Source of the DNA: an uncultured Ignavibacteriaceae bacterium
Lineage (GTDB): Bacteria > Bacteroidota > Ignavibacteria > Ignavibacteriales > Ignavibacteriaceae
Reading direction: 5' to 3'
NCBI GenBank assembly: GCA_964536015.1
Contig: CAZHVS010000012.1
Span: 29,434 to 93,433 of the forward strand
DNA: 64,000 nt
Part shown: in pieces, positions 20,413 through 31,317 of the stretch
How the letters are laid out: each line of letters starts with the position of its first letter
Position numbering within the stretch: the first letter of the stretch is position 1
The notes under the pieces: model-generated
Database searches by the model: none
What the model was told of the DNA's origin: nothing
Seen by the model: only the letters and a program-made list of their open reading frames with translations
Program-made: the position numbers and the translations under genes

Positions 20413-22047
20413 GTGAAAAAGATCATATTTGTATTTCTAATTATTGTACACATAACGATAAATTGTACTGCCCAGGATTTCAATAAAATAAAACTAGTAG
20501 TTGGTGTTGTGGTTGATCAGATGAGATATGTAGATCTGTATCGTTATCAGCAATTTTATTCCAAAGAAGGCTTTAATAGATTAATGAACGAAGGAACAAA
20601 CTTTACATATAACCATTTTAACTATGAATTAACAAGCACAGGACCAGGACACGCATCCATTTACTCCGGCAGTTCTCCGTATTATCATGGAATAATTGGA
20701 AATGAGTTTTTTAGTCGTACAAAAAATAAAACCATTAACTGCGTTTATGATGAAAACCAAAATTCATTAGGAAGTAATGATGATGTTGGAAAGTGCTCAC
20801 CTGTAAATCTTCTTTCAACAACAATTACTGACGAACTAAAATTATTCACAAATAAAAAATCCAAAGTGTTTTCAGTTTCGATTAAAGACAGAGGCGCAAT
20901 TCTTCCCGGGGGACATCTTGCTGATGGAGTTTATTGGTATAATTATAACAATGGAAATTTTGTTTCATCTACATATTATATGAACTCTTTACCGGAATGG
21001 GTTGATAAGTTTAATCAGAAAAAACTTGTTGATAACTATTTATCAAAACCATGGGAGCTTTTATTGGATAAAAAAGTATACTCAATTAATCCTTCTGATG
21101 AATCTTCCTATGAAGGCGATATATTTAAAGAAGGAAAAACCTCTTTCCCGCACAAGTATGACAAACTTAACGGTAATGAAAAATATGATAAATTCCAGTT
21201 TACACCATTTGCTAACCAGATAGTTTTAGATTTCACGAAAGAATTAATTGACAACGAAAATATTGGCAATAATTCTGTTCCGGATTTCCTCGCAGTAAGT
21301 TTTTCAACTACTGATATAATGGGTCATGAATTCGGGAATTACTCTTACGAGTTAATGGACACTTATTTAAGATTAGACCGACAGATTGCTGAGCTTATTA
21401 ATTTTCTCGATAAGAAAATCGGAAGAGAAAATTATCTCCTGTTTCTTACTTCTGATCATGCTGCTTTACCCACACAGGGATACTTGCTGGAAAATAAAAT
21501 TCCAAGTGGAGCTGTTAATATGAACAAAATAAAAGATTCAATAAAAGTCTTTTGTGAAAGAAACTATGGAAACGGAGAAATTATTTCTAACATTTCTAAC
21601 AGGCAGATTTTTTTGAATAAAAGTATTATTAAAAATAAAAACCTGAATTTTGAGAGTGTTCAGGAAGAAATTGCTAATTATTTAAGAGAAAATTTCCTGG
21701 AGATTCAATCAATATTTACACGAAATTTTCTTGAAACAAAAGTTGCTACCCGCAACGCAGAAAATACAATTTTAAATGGCTGGAATCCCGCTTTATCGGG
21801 TGATATAATTTTTAATTTACGTCCCGGGTATCTTCACAACATTTTGAAAAAGGGAACCACTCACAGCTCATCTTATAATTATGACACCCATACCCCATTA
21901 TTATTTTTTGGATGGAAAATACCGGCACAAACAATTAATACTCCTGTTTATGTTGTAGATATTGCCGCTACAATTGCAAATCTGTTAAACATAAATGAAC
22001 CGAGTGCCTGTACAGGAATTCCAATTTTATCTTTACCCCGAAAATAA
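20413..22047 (+). CDS. alkaline phosphatase / nucleotide pyrophosphatase-phosphodiesterase family protein (PafA-like), secreted
   Basis: GVVVDQMRY metal-site region, TSTGPGHASIYSG (nucleophile Thr region) and TSDHA motif. GTG start with a signal peptide. Confidence 0.75.
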   Translation: MKKIIFVFLIIVHITINCTAQDFNKIKLVVGVVVDQMRYVDLYRYQQFYSKEGFNRLMNEGTNFTYNHFNYELTSTGPGHASIYSGSSPYYHGIIGNEFFSRTKNKTINCVYDENQNSLGSNDDVGKCSPVNLLSTTITDELKLFTNKKSKVFSVSIKDRGAILPGGHLADGVYWYNYNNGNFVSSTYYMNSLPEWVDKFNQKKLVDNYLSKPWELLLDKKVYSINPSDESSYEGDIFKEGKTSFPHKYDKLNGNEKYDKFQFTPFANQIVLDFTKELIDNENIGNNSVPDFLAVSFSTTDIMGHEFGNYSYELMDTYLRLDRQIAELINFLDKKIGRENYLLFLTSDHAALPTQGYLLENKIPSGAVNMNKIKDSIKVFCERNYGNGEIISNISNRQIFLNKSIIKNKNLNFESVQEEIANYLRENFLEIQSIFTRNFLETKVATRNAENTILNGWNPALSGDIIFNLRPGYLHNILKKGTTHSSSYNYDTHTPLLFFGWKIPAQTINTPVYVVDIAATIANLLNINEPSACTGIPILSLPRK

Positions 22048-22070
22048 ATTCAAAGAAAGGATAAAGCAAT

Positions 22071-22658
22071 TTGACTGCAGTAATAGATTTTGGCATTTGT
22101 GATTTTGTAGAACTAACAAGTCTGCTTAGTGAACTTGAAGAGAAGTTTACAATTACTAACAACGAAACAGAAATTCTCAAAGCTGATAGATTAATTCTTC
22201 CGAACACGAACCAGTTGGCAAAAGCAGTAAAGCAATTACACTTGCTAAATCTTTTTTCTATGTTGCGAATGCTTAAAAAACCTATTCTCGGAATTGCAAA
22301 TGGAATGCGTTTAATGTGTGAATTTGCAAAAGATGAAAACACTGCCTGTCTTGGTTTATTTCCTGTAACGACTTGTAAACAGGAACTGACTTTTAATGAA
22401 GAATTTAATTCATCATTTCACAAAATAAAAATTGTTAACAAAACAGATCCGTTGTTTTATTCTCTTTTAGAAGAACCTGCTTTCTTTTTTGAGCAATGTT
22501 ATGAACTGCCTCTTGTTGAACACACCACGGCTGTATTAAGCAAAAATAAGGATTGCTCCGTAAGTCTTAAAAAAAATAATTTTTATGCTGTTCAGTTCAT
22601 TCCGGAAAAATCCGGAGAAGACGGGAAAATTATTTTATCAAATTTTATTAAGCTGTAA
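22071..22658 (+). CDS. HisH-like class-I glutamine amidotransferase homolog lacking the catalytic Cys and His (probable pseudoenzyme)
   Basis: Collinear with HisH, but GICLGMQ reads GIANGMR and QFHPEKS reads QFIPEKS. TTG start. Confidence 0.6.
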   Translation: MTAVIDFGICDFVELTSLLSELEEKFTITNNETEILKADRLILPNTNQLAKAVKQLHLLNLFSMLRMLKKPILGIANGMRLMCEFAKDENTACLGLFPVTTCKQELTFNEEFNSSFHKIKIVNKTDPLFYSLLEEPAFFFEQCYELPLVEHTTAVLSKNKDCSVSLKKNNFYAVQFIPEKSGEDGKIILSNFIKL

Positions 22659-22668
22659 AGGAACAATA

Positions 22669-23850
22669 ATGAAAAAGCTCTTTGTTATCATCTTTCTTTT
22701 TGTTTACTCTTTCTCAAATGCACAATTATTAAAAACAGCCAGACCGGAATCTGTTGGTCTCTCCTCGGTTAAATTGACTTATTTAGATTCCGTAATTTTA
22801 AAATCCATTAATAAAAAAGAGTTGCCCGGTGCAGTTGTTCTTATTGGAAGGAATAATTCAATAGTTTATAGAAAAGCTTTTGGCAATTGTTCTTTAATCC
22901 CATCGATAGAGCAGATGAGCACCGAAACAATTTTTGACCTTGCATCTGTTACAAAGGCTGTCGCAACCGCAACAAGTATAATGATTCTTGTCGAACGTGG
23001 ATTAATCAATCTTAATGACAATGTTAAAAAGTATATTCCGGAATTTTCCTCTTACACCGACAGTATTAATGGAGAACTGCCTGCAGAAATTTTTCATTTG
23101 CTTACACACACATCCGGTTTACCTGAATATACCAATGCAGATTCAATCGCCAAAAAATTTGGCATTCCTTCCCCCGAAGGAACAATAAAGACTATTTGTA
23201 ATCTGAAAAAAGTAAATCCTCCGGGTAAAAAATTTAGTTACAGTTGTCTTGGTTATATCACTCTTGCCGAAATCGTAAAAAGAGTAACAGGTATAACAAT
23301 TGCAGAATTTTCAAAAAAAGAAATTTTTGACCCATTAAAAATGAAAAACACTTTTTATAATCCACCGACAGAAAAGATTAAAGTTATTGCTCCAACAGAA
23401 ATAATTAATGGAGAGGCTTTGCGCGGTATTGTTCATGACCCATTGGCAAGAGTACAGGGAGGAATTTCCGGAAATGCCGGTCTTTTTTCTAATGTTGATG
23501 ACCTGGCTATTTTCTGCCAGATGATGTTAAATGGCGGAGTCTATAACAACATAAGAATTCTTGGAAATCAAACTATAGAGACAATGACTCATCTTTATCC
23601 TTCTGTAGAATTCTCTGGAAGAGGACTTGGCTGGGATATTAATTCAGAGTATATGGGAGAAAGGGGAGAAATTTTTATTAAAGATTGTTTTGGCCATACA
23701 GGATTTACAGGAACTTCCATTTTGATTAATGAAAAAGAAAAACTATTTATAATATTGTTAACCAACCGGGTTCATCCTGATGGAAAAGGATATATTCTTC
23801 CGCTAAGAAGACAGGTTGCAAATATTGTGGCAGGTTCAATAGAAAAATAA
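22669..23850 (+). CDS. serine hydrolase, class C beta-lactamase/transpeptidase-like family
   Basis: S-x-x-K motif (ASVTKAV). Signal peptide MKKLFVIIFLFVYSFSNAQ. I prefer the ATG at 22669 (AGG-rich upstream) over the ORF-track start at 22585, which overlaps the previous gene. Confidence 0.8.
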   Translation: MKKLFVIIFLFVYSFSNAQLLKTARPESVGLSSVKLTYLDSVILKSINKKELPGAVVLIGRNNSIVYRKAFGNCSLIPSIEQMSTETIFDLASVTKAVATATSIMILVERGLINLNDNVKKYIPEFSSYTDSINGELPAEIFHLLTHTSGLPEYTNADSIAKKFGIPSPEGTIKTICNLKKVNPPGKKFSYSCLGYITLAEIVKRVTGITIAEFSKKEIFDPLKMKNTFYNPPTEKIKVIAPTEIINGEALRGIVHDPLARVQGGISGNAGLFSNVDDLAIFCQMMLNGGVYNNIRILGNQTIETMTHLYPSVEFSGRGLGWDINSEYMGERGEIFIKDCFGHTGFTGTSILINEKEKLFIILLTNRVHPDGKGYILPLRRQVANIVAGSIEK

Positions 23851-23851
23851 A

Positions 23852-26800
23852 TTATTCGTTCTTAAATAATTTTATGATTTGTTTACAAAAAGAAATTAAA
23901 AAATCAAGAGATGCTTCGGGAGTGTTAAATTCGTTTTGGATCGATAATTTCATTACATCCTTCGCTTGCTGAAATTTCACTTCGTTTTTATATTCATCAA
24001 GAATAAATCTCATAAGCTCAAGAAATTTTGATTTATAATAATCTTCTTTTTCTCCGCGGGGAAGTATAATGAAAATATTTTTTCGTTGAATTATGATTCT
24101 TTCAAACAAAGCTTTTGAAGCATAATATTTAAGTTTTGCAACCTGCATTAATCTTTGAACAAGAATCGGGAATTCACCATATCTATCTTTAAGCTCTTCT
24201 TTTATTTCCTCTAATTCTTCTAAAGATTTAACCGCATAAAGTTCTGTGTAAAAACTTAATCTATCCATTTGTTCCGGCATATAATTAACCGGAATCCCTA
24301 TTTCGAAAAACGTATCAATTGTTGGGTCCGTTTTTTCTTTCTGCTTCGGAAGATTTTCAAAAACATCTTTAAATTCTTCATATTTTAATTCTTCTACCGC
24401 TTCATTTATTAATTTAACATAAAGTTCAAACCCAATGTCATCAATAAATCCTGTTTGTTCAACTCCCAGTAAATTTCCGGCACCACGTATTTCAAGATCT
24501 CTCATAGAAATATTAAAGCCTTCTCCCAGGTCAGTGAACTCTTCTATTGCCTGAAGACGTTTGATTGCTTTTTTATTCATTGCATCAAGTGATGGCACAA
24601 GCATATATGCATAAGCCTGTTTATCGCTTCTACCAACCCTTCCCCTTAGTTGATGCAACTCCGAAAGGCCAAACCGGTCTGCTCTGTTAACAATAATTGT
24701 ATTTACGTTTGGAATGTCGATACCACTTTCGATAATTTTAGTTGAAAGAAGCACATCATATTTTCGATTCAGAAAACCATGAATAACATTCTCAAGCTGC
24801 GAAGCAGTCATCCGTCCATGAGCAATCCCGATCTTTAATTCCGGCATATATTTAAGCAGGTATGATGCTATCTTGTCAATTGATTGAATCCTGTCGTGAA
24901 CAAAATAAACCTGTCCATTTCTGCCAAGTTCATTGTTTATCCAGTTTTTTATTTTATGAATATCGAAAGTTTCAACCATTGTATAAATTGGCTGTCTGTT
25001 TGGCGGAGGCGTTGCAATAATTGATAAATCTCTTGCCCCAAGAAGCGATAAGTTTAATGTTCGTGGAATAGGTGTGGCTGTTAAAGTTAATGTATCAACA
25101 TTTACTTTGTAAGAACGTAAACGTTCTTTAGCTATCACTCCAAAGCGATGTTCTTCATCAATAACAAGCAAGCCAATATCTTTAAACTTTACATCTTTTG
25201 AAAGAAGTCGGTGTGTTCCAATCACAATATCAATCTTGCCATTTTCTAATTCAGCAATAATTTCCTTTTGTTTCGCTTTAGATTGAAATCGTGAGAGCAT
25301 TGCAATTTTTACAGGAAATTGTGACAGTCTATCCGAGAAAGTATTAAAATGTTGTTCGGCAAGAATTGTTGTAGGAACAAGAACCGCAACCTGCTTTCCA
25401 TCCTGAACCGCTTTGAATGCTGCTCTAACAGCTACTTCAGTTTTTCCAAAACCAACATCTCCGCAGACAAGCCTATCCATCGGGTGTGTTGCCTGCATAT
25501 CAGTTTTAACATCTTCTGTAGCTTTTGATTGATCAATTGTATCTTCATAAATAAATGAAGCTTCTAATTCTTTTTGCCAAACTGTATCTTCACTAAAAGA
25601 AAAACCAGAAGCTGATTTTCTTTTTGCGTAAAGAACAATTAATTCTCTTGCTGCTTCTTTAATTCTTTTCTTTGCACGTCTTTTGGTATTTATCCACTCA
25701 GTAGAACCAATTGTTGCCAGTGTTGGAGTAAACCCCTCTTTTGAAGAATATTTTTTTACAAGATGTAAATAGTTAAGATTTACATAAACAACATCACCCT
25801 GCGCATAAAGCAGTTTCATCGATTCCTGTTCTGCCTCACCAATTTTGATTGTTTCCAATCCAATATATTTACCAATTCCATAATCTTCGTGAACAACATA
25901 TTCATTGTTTTTTATTGCAGCTAATTCCCTGTTCCGGTTTCTTTTTATTATTTTGTGTGAAGGAAGTTTTTTTCGGTAAGGTTTATTAAAGATCTGGTAA
26001 TCTGTCAGGACAAGAATATTTTCTGTCTTATTAATAAATCCTTTATTGATTGCTAAAGTAATAACTTGAATTTTGCCATCATCAATAAAGGAAGCAAGAA
26101 CATCGTTCAAATCGCTTAATAGTTCTTTCATTCGTTTTGTTTGAAGTTCATTTTCGGTTGTAATAAAAATGCTATAACCGCTATCTGAATAATGAAACAA
26201 CATCTCTTCAAGTTGTTTATAATTGGAATTGATTGATGGAACTTCCGAGAAACCGAGCTCAGTTATTTCCGTTCCAAGAGCAAGTTCACGCTCAATAAGC
26301 CATCTTGCATTTTTAAATTCTGAAAAAAAATCTTCTTGTTTTATTACATCATTGTCTTTATAGGAAATAGAACTATCGTCGTCCTGCAATGAAAGAGTAT
26401 CGGTTAAGTCATCTGCAGTTCTTTGGGAAAGAATAATTTTATCCATTTCATATTGATTACAAATAATCACGGGATTTGTTAAATAACTGAAAATATTTGT
26501 ATAAGTTTCCTTTTTTTCTCCTTCATCCATTTTTCCCGCAAGAGTTACTTCGTCAATCTGTTGTGTCGACCTTTGATTATCGGGATCGAAATAACGCATT
26601 GATTCAATGAAGTTTACATCAAACTCTATTCGTACCGGCATCTTTTCGCTGTAAGACCAGAAATCAATTATTGAACCGCGGACAGAATAATCTCCCGGCA
26701 TCTCAACAAATTTATCTTTGGTATAATGCAAAAGATTTAAATATTCCAACAGGTCATCATAATTCAAATCACCGCCGGCAGAAATTCTCGTAATGTTCTG

Positions 26801-27157
26801 TTCTATTTCTTTCTCTGAAGGCAATTTAAGGGTGAGCAATTCATATGTAGAGATTAAAACAAATTTTTCTTTTCGTTTTATTTCAATAATTTTTTCCTGT
26901 TTGACTTCACTCTCAAAATCAGTGAATAGAATTATTTCATTTATACCAAGTATGTTTAGTTCCACATTAAGTTCCTGTGCTTCACAAGCTGTTGGGACAA
27001 TTATTACGCTCTGGCTTATGCTTTCAAATAAATCGGCGATGAATAAACTTTTTGAAGAACCTGCAAAAGATGAGCAATTGAATATAGTCCTTCCACCTTC
27101 GTTAAGCATTTTACGAAGTTTGTTAAACACCCTGAGCTTTAGAACTTTCTCGTTCAA
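23852..27157 (-). CDS. mfd: transcription-repair coupling factor
   Basis: 1101 aa. UvrB-homology N-terminus, CarD/RNAP-interaction domain, DEAD/DEAH helicase motifs ([18 protein letters not shown]) and a TRG region. Confidence 0.95.
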   Translation of the reverse strand: MNEKVLKLRVFNKLRKMLNEGGRTIFNCSSFAGSSKSLFIADLFESISQSVIIVPTACEAQELNVELNILGINEIILFTDFESEVKQEKIIEIKRKEKFVLISTYELLTLKLPSEKEIEQNITRISAGGDLNYDDLLEYLNLLHYTKDKFVEMPGDYSVRGSIIDFWSYSEKMPVRIEFDVNFIESMRYFDPDNQRSTQQIDEVTLAGKMDEGEKKETYTNIFSYLTNPVIICNQYEMDKIILSQRTADDLTDTLSLQDDDSSISYKDNDVIKQEDFFSEFKNARWLIERELALGTEITELGFSEVPSINSNYKQLEEMLFHYSDSGYSIFITTENELQTKRMKELLSDLNDVLASFIDDGKIQVITLAINKGFINKTENILVLTDYQIFNKPYRKKLPSHKIIKRNRNRELAAIKNNEYVVHEDYGIGKYIGLETIKIGEAEQESMKLLYAQGDVVYVNLNYLHLVKKYSSKEGFTPTLATIGSTEWINTKRRAKKRIKEAARELIVLYAKRKSASGFSFSEDTVWQKELEASFIYEDTIDQSKATEDVKTDMQATHPMDRLVCGDVGFGKTEVAVRAAFKAVQDGKQVAVLVPTTILAEQHFNTFSDRLSQFPVKIAMLSRFQSKAKQKEIIAELENGKIDIVIGTHRLLSKDVKFKDIGLLVIDEEHRFGVIAKERLRSYKVNVDTLTLTATPIPRTLNLSLLGARDLSIIATPPPNRQPIYTMVETFDIHKIKNWINNELGRNGQVYFVHDRIQSIDKIASYLLKYMPELKIGIAHGRMTASQLENVIHGFLNRKYDVLLSTKIIESGIDIPNVNTIIVNRADRFGLSELHQLRGRVGRSDKQAYAYMLVPSLDAMNKKAIKRLQAIEEFTDLGEGFNISMRDLEIRGAGNLLGVEQTGFIDDIGFELYVKLINEAVEELKYEEFKDVFENLPKQKEKTDPTIDTFFEIGIPVNYMPEQMDRLSFYTELYAVKSLEELEEIKEELKDRYGEFPILVQRLMQVAKLKYYASKALFERIIIQRKNIFIILPRGEKEDYYKSKFLELMRFILDEYKNEVKFQQAKDVMKLSIQNEFNTPEASLDFLISFCKQIIKLFKNE

Positions 27158-27258
27158 ATTTTACGAAATAATTATTTAATGCGCTACTAAAATACGACAA
27201 CATCCATTGTTATTTTATGAAAATACTTTGGATTTGAATTTTAATTTAAAAACATTAT

Positions 27259-27278
27259 ATTTCGTTAAACAACGAAAT
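27259..27278 (+). promoter_or_regulatory. candidate ArsR operator: perfect 8-4-8 inverted repeat ATTTCGTT-AAAC-AACGAAAT
   Basis: The palindrome ends 5 nt before the arsR ATG. The half-site AACGAAAT recurs at 27648-27655, upstream of arsC. Confidence 0.5.
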
Positions 27279-27283
27279 GAATT

Positions 27284-27631
27284 ATGTTAAAACAACAACA
27301 AAAAATCTATAAAGCTCTGTCAGATAGCAACCGCATTCGCATATTAAGAATGTTAAAAGAAAAAAATCTATGCGTCTGTGAAATCACCGCAATGTTAAAG
27401 CTTGCAACTTCAACCGTATCAAAACATCTTAGCATACTTAAAGAAGCAGGCTTTATTGTTGAATTTAAAGAAGGCAAGTGGGTTAATTATATGATTAACA
27501 CTCGTTCCGATAATCCATTGATTGCCTCTAATCTATCTTTGCTTAATATCTTAATAGATTCTGACGAGCAAATAAAAAAAGACAAGGAAAATTTAAAAAC
27601 TATTGACAGAAAAAATCTTTGTTGTACGTAA
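27284..27631 (+). CDS. arsR: ArsR/SmtB-family metalloregulator
   Basis: Winged-HTH core LSDSNRIRILRML...LCVCEI (the CVC metalloid-binding motif of ArsR). C-terminal CC pair. First gene of the ars operon. Confidence 0.9.
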   Translation: MLKQQQKIYKALSDSNRIRILRMLKEKNLCVCEITAMLKLATSTVSKHLSILKEAGFIVEFKEGKWVNYMINTRSDNPLIASNLSLLNILIDSDEQIKKDKENLKTIDRKNLCCT

Positions 27632-27669
27632 AAACGATTCGATACATAACGAAATAGAAAGAGGTCAGA

Positions 27670-28089
27670 ATGAAAATATTAATTTTGTGTACAGGTAATT
27701 CGTGCCGCAGCCAGATGGCTGAAGGATTTTTAAAATCATTTGATGATAAGCTCGAAGTTTTTAGCGCTGGAACGAATCCTGCTTATAAAGTTAGTTCTCA
27801 TGCCATTAGGGTAATGAAAGAAATTGGAATTGATATATCTGCAAATAAACCGAAGGATGTTTCCAATTTCCTGGGCGAATCATTTGATTATGTTATTACC
27901 GTTTGTGATAATGCAAAAGAAACCTGTCCTGTTTTTTCGGGGAAAGTAACTAAGCGACTGCATATTGGTTTTGAAGATCCTGCAGAAGCTGAAGGCACAG
28001 AGGAAGAAGTACTTGTTGTTTTTAGAAAAGTGAGAGATGAAATAAAAAATGATTTTTTCAATTTCTACGTAAATGAAATAAAAAAGTAA
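27670..28089 (+). CDS. arsC: arsenate reductase, thioredoxin-coupled LMW-PTP type
   Basis: P-loop CTGNSCRSQMAEG and the downstream Cys pair VCDNAKETCP. Confidence 0.9.
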   Translation: MKILILCTGNSCRSQMAEGFLKSFDDKLEVFSAGTNPAYKVSSHAIRVMKEIGIDISANKPKDVSNFLGESFDYVITVCDNAKETCPVFSGKVTKRLHIGFEDPAEAEGTEEEVLVVFRKVRDEIKNDFFNFYVNEIKK

Positions 28090-28109
28090 AATTTAGAAAG
28101 GATAAGACT

Positions 28110-28361
28110 ATGTTGAAAATTAAAGTTCTTGGCTCGGGTTGTGCAAACTGTATAAATCTTGAAAAGCTATGCAGAGAAGTTGTCACCGAAAACAGTATTG
28201 ATGCAGAAATAGAAAAGGTAACTGATTTTAATGAAATTATGAACTATGGAATAATGATGACCCCAGGGTTGGTTGTAAATGAAAGAGTAATTCATAGTGG
28301 TAAATTGCCTACAAAATCAACTTTAACTCAGTGGCTAATTAATGAACTGGCAAAAGACTAA
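28110..28361 (+). CDS. small thioredoxin-fold 'redox-active disulfide protein 2'-type protein
   Basis: 83 aa. MLKIKVLGSGCANCINLEKL contains the CxxC. It is a paralog of 34129..34368. Confidence 0.8.
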   Translation: MLKIKVLGSGCANCINLEKLCREVVTENSIDAEIEKVTDFNEIMNYGIMMTPGLVVNERVIHSGKLPTKSTLTQWLINELAKD

Positions 28362-28392
28362 TTATTTAGTTCAAACAATAGGAGAAAATAAA

Positions 28393-28941
28393 ATGGATAA
28401 TTCAAAAGAATGGCATTGGTTTAAAGGAGGAATATTCGTTTCTCTTTTGTCTGTTGCTACATATTTTATTTTTGCAGCAATTGCTGAAAGGAACTACCCT
28501 TTTGGTATAACAGCAGGGTTCGGTTTTATTGCCGGAAAATTTGGCTCTTTGTTCGAAGCGTTAAACAATAATCCGGCAATAAAAAGATATACTGAAAAGC
28601 CTGATGCATTTATCGAATTTTTTATTTTAATAGGAATAATATTAGGCGGTTATACTGCAAAAAAAACATCAGGCACTTTTTCTGTTGAAAACATTCCTGC
28701 GGTTTGGGAAAAATATCATGGTAAAAACCCGATAAAAAGATATTTATTTGTTTTTGCCGGAAGCATTTTGTTGGGTTATGGCGCTGCATTATCAAGTGGT
28801 TGTACAACAGGAAATATTCTTCAAGGCTGGGCACATCTTTCATTAGGTAGCATAGTTGCCGGTGCTTCGTTTTTTGCTGCAGGAATTTTAGTTGCAAGAA
28901 TTCTTTATCCTAAAATAGGAGCGAACAATGATCATAATTAA
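28393..28941 (+). CDS. YeeE/YedE-family sulfur/selenium-compound transporter, N-terminal half protein
   Basis: Multi-TM protein with conserved SSGCTTGN motif. I prefer the ATG at 28393 (AGGAG 8 nt upstream) over the ORF-track start at 28342. Confidence 0.75.
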   Translation: MDNSKEWHWFKGGIFVSLLSVATYFIFAAIAERNYPFGITAGFGFIAGKFGSLFEALNNNPAIKRYTEKPDAFIEFFILIGIILGGYTAKKTSGTFSVENIPAVWEKYHGKNPIKRYLFVFAGSILLGYGAALSSGCTTGNILQGWAHLSLGSIVAGASFFAAGILVARILYPKIGANNDHN

Positions 28942-29470
28942 TATTCTTTTCGGCTTAATTGTTGGATTCCTCTTTGGATTTATTCTTTCTAAAACCGGTA
29001 TAACAAAATATCCAAGAGTAATAGGAATGCTTTTATTAAAAGATTTTAAAATTCTTAAGTTTATGTTAACAGCGGTAACCTCTTCTTTAATTTTGTTCCA
29101 TTTATTCGGAGATTTAGGTCTATTAAAAGTTGCTCCTAAAAATCTTGATTGGGGAAAACTGGTTGGGGGTTTATTATTCGGAACAGGAATGGGATTACTT
29201 GGTTATTGTCCCGGTACAATGGCTGCTAGAATTGGAGAAGGAAAGAAGGAAGCTGTCTTTGCATTCTTTGGTATGGCATTTGGAATTTTTATATATGCTC
29301 TAACCATCAAACCTGTTAAAGAAACATTTTTATCGTCTGAGATAAATGGAGATATTTTCCTTCAACTTGGTTTGAATAAATGGTTAGTGATTCTTCCCGC
29401 TGCGGCTCTTTTTATTGGAATAATTTATTTTGTTAATAAAAAAATCAGCGATAACAATCATATATTTTAA
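28928..29470 (+). CDS. YeeE/YedE-family transporter, C-terminal half protein
   Basis: Multi-TM protein with GYCPGT motif. Overlaps the preceding half by 14 nt (translational coupling). Confidence 0.75.
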   Translation: MIIINILFGLIVGFLFGFILSKTGITKYPRVIGMLLLKDFKILKFMLTAVTSSLILFHLFGDLGLLKVAPKNLDWGKLVGGLLFGTGMGLLGYCPGTMAARIGEGKKEAVFAFFGMAFGIFIYALTIKPVKETFLSSEINGDIFLQLGLNKWLVILPAAALFIGIIYFVNKKISDNNHIF

Positions 29471-29478
29471 GGATTTAA

Positions 29479-30246
29479 ATGGAAAATATATCTATAGGCT
29501 TTATCGGTGGTGGCAGAATAACTAAGATTTTCTTTCGACGTTTATCCAAAGATGAAAAATATGCGGATTTTTGCGTGAGTGATTGTAATGAGGAATTACT
29601 ATCTTTTTACAAATCATCTAATGTTGAAACAACTTCAGACAACAATATTCCTGCAAAAAGAGACATTGTATTCATAGCATTGCATCCCCCTGTTTTTATG
29701 CAAGTTCTCGAAGAAATAAAAAATTCTTTTAGTGAAAAAACTATTTTAATTTCTTTAGCACCAAAGATTACTATTGAAAAAATGTCAACTCAATTAAATG
29801 GACATAAAAAAATTGTTCGTTCAATTCCTAATTCACCAACAATGATTGGTCTTGGATATAATCCCTTATCTTTTTCTAAAAATTTTCCTTCAGATGAAAA
29901 AAAGATTGTTTTCGAACTATTTGAAAACTTTGGAAAATGGTTTGAAGCTGAAGAAAATAAATTAGAAGCATATGCTTTAATTACAGCTATGGGTCCAACA
30001 TATTTTCAATTTCAGTATAAGAGACTATTTGAACTTGCAAAGTCTTTTGGAATGAATGAACAGGAAGCAAGGGAAGGAATATTTAATATGTTGATTGGAA
30101 CAGCAAATCTTGTGTTTAATAGCAAATTCAATTATGATCAAGTCAACGACTTAATTCCTGTGAAACCACTTGAAGATGACCACGAGAAAATTGAAAATAT
30201 TTTTAATAATAAATTATTACCGCTTTTTAATAAACTAAAGAACTAG
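29479..30246 (+). CDS. NAD(P)-binding pyrroline-5-carboxylate-reductase-like oxidoreductase
   Basis: N-terminal Rossmann motif [13 protein letters not shown] and a ProC-like C-terminal helical domain. Confidence 0.5.
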   Translation: MENISIGFIGGGRITKIFFRRLSKDEKYADFCVSDCNEELLSFYKSSNVETTSDNNIPAKRDIVFIALHPPVFMQVLEEIKNSFSEKTILISLAPKITIEKMSTQLNGHKKIVRSIPNSPTMIGLGYNPLSFSKNFPSDEKKIVFELFENFGKWFEAEENKLEAYALITAMGPTYFQFQYKRLFELAKSFGMNEQEAREGIFNMLIGTANLVFNSKFNYDQVNDLIPVKPLEDDHEKIENIFNNKLLPLFNKLKN

Positions 30247-30251
30247 AAACC

Positions 30252-31292
30252 ATGGAAGCTATAACAAAAAAACTCTCATTCCTTGACAGATATCTTACGC
30301 TCTGGATTTTTCTTGCAATGTTTATTGGAGTGTTTTCTGGTTATCTGTTTCCAGGAATTGTTGATTTCTGGAATTCATTTCAGAGCGGGACAACAAATAT
30401 TCCCATTGCAATTGGTTTGATTTTAATGATGTACCCACCGCTCGCCAAAGTTAAATACGAAGAGCTTGGTGACGTTTTCAAAAATGTGAAAGTACTTACT
30501 TTGTCTCTTGTTCAAAACTGGATAATCGGACCTATTCTTATGTTCTTTCTCGCAATAATTTTTCTTCCGGATTATCCCGAATATATGGCGGGATTGATTT
30601 TGATTGGGCTTGCAAGATGCATTGCTATGGTAATTGTGTGGAATGAACTTGCAAAAGGAGATACTGAATATGCAGCGGGTCTGGTTGCTTTTAATTCAAT
30701 TTTCCAGGTTTTGTTTTTCTCTGTTTATGCTTATGTGTTTCTAACCGTTTTTCCTTCCTGGTTAGGATTAAAGACATTTGCTGTTGATATTACAATTGGA
30801 CAAATAGCTGAATCCGTTTTCATTTATCTCGGCATACCATTCATAGCCGGTATGATTACACGCTTCACTCTACTAAAACTAAAAAGTAAAGAGTGGTACG
30901 AGAAAAAATTTATTCCTAAGATTTCGCCTATTACCTTAATCGCTCTGCTATTTACAATTGTTGTTATGTTTTCTCTTAAAGGCGAATACATTGTAAAAAT
31001 TCCAATTGACGTAATAAGAATAGCAATACCTTTGGTGCTTTATTTTGTAATTATGTTTTTTGTTTCGTTTTATATGGGACAAAAAGTTGGAGCTGATTAT
31101 GCAAAAACTGCAACGCTCTCCTTTACTGCGGCCAGCAACAACTTTGAACTTGCCATTGCAGTTGCAATTGCTGTATTTGGAATAAATTCAGGTGAAGCTT
31201 TTGCTGCTGTTATTGGTCCGCTAGTGGAAGTACCAGTATTAATTAGTCTGGTCAATGTTGCCATTTGGTTTAAGAAAAAAATCTTTGTTTAA
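30252..31292 (+). CDS. acr3: ACR3-family arsenite efflux transporter
   Basis: [17 protein letters not shown]-terminus, 10-TM layout and the conserved GLARCIAMV Cys motif of Acr3. Confidence 0.9.
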   Translation: MEAITKKLSFLDRYLTLWIFLAMFIGVFSGYLFPGIVDFWNSFQSGTTNIPIAIGLILMMYPPLAKVKYEELGDVFKNVKVLTLSLVQNWIIGPILMFFLAIIFLPDYPEYMAGLILIGLARCIAMVIVWNELAKGDTEYAAGLVAFNSIFQVLFFSVYAYVFLTVFPSWLGLKTFAVDITIGQIAESVFIYLGIPFIAGMITRFTLLKLKSKEWYEKKFIPKISPITLIALLFTIVVMFSLKGEYIVKIPIDVIRIAIPLVLYFVIMFFVSFYMGQKVGADYAKTATLSFTAASNNFELAIAVAIAVFGINSGEAFAAVIGPLVEVPVLISLVNVAIWFKKKIFV

Positions 31293-31317
31293 AATTTATT
31301 AATATGCTGGGTTAAGA

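Noticed and set aside
22585-22668. N-terminal extension of the beta-lactamase-fold ORF (ORF-track start 22585), with similar extensions at 28342, 46888, 49361 and 63972
   Set aside because: The extensions overlap upstream genes or lack signal-peptide logic. Internal ATGs are preceded by purine-rich sites and give canonical N-termini (a signal peptide, or the FAD-binding GxGxxG immediately after the start).
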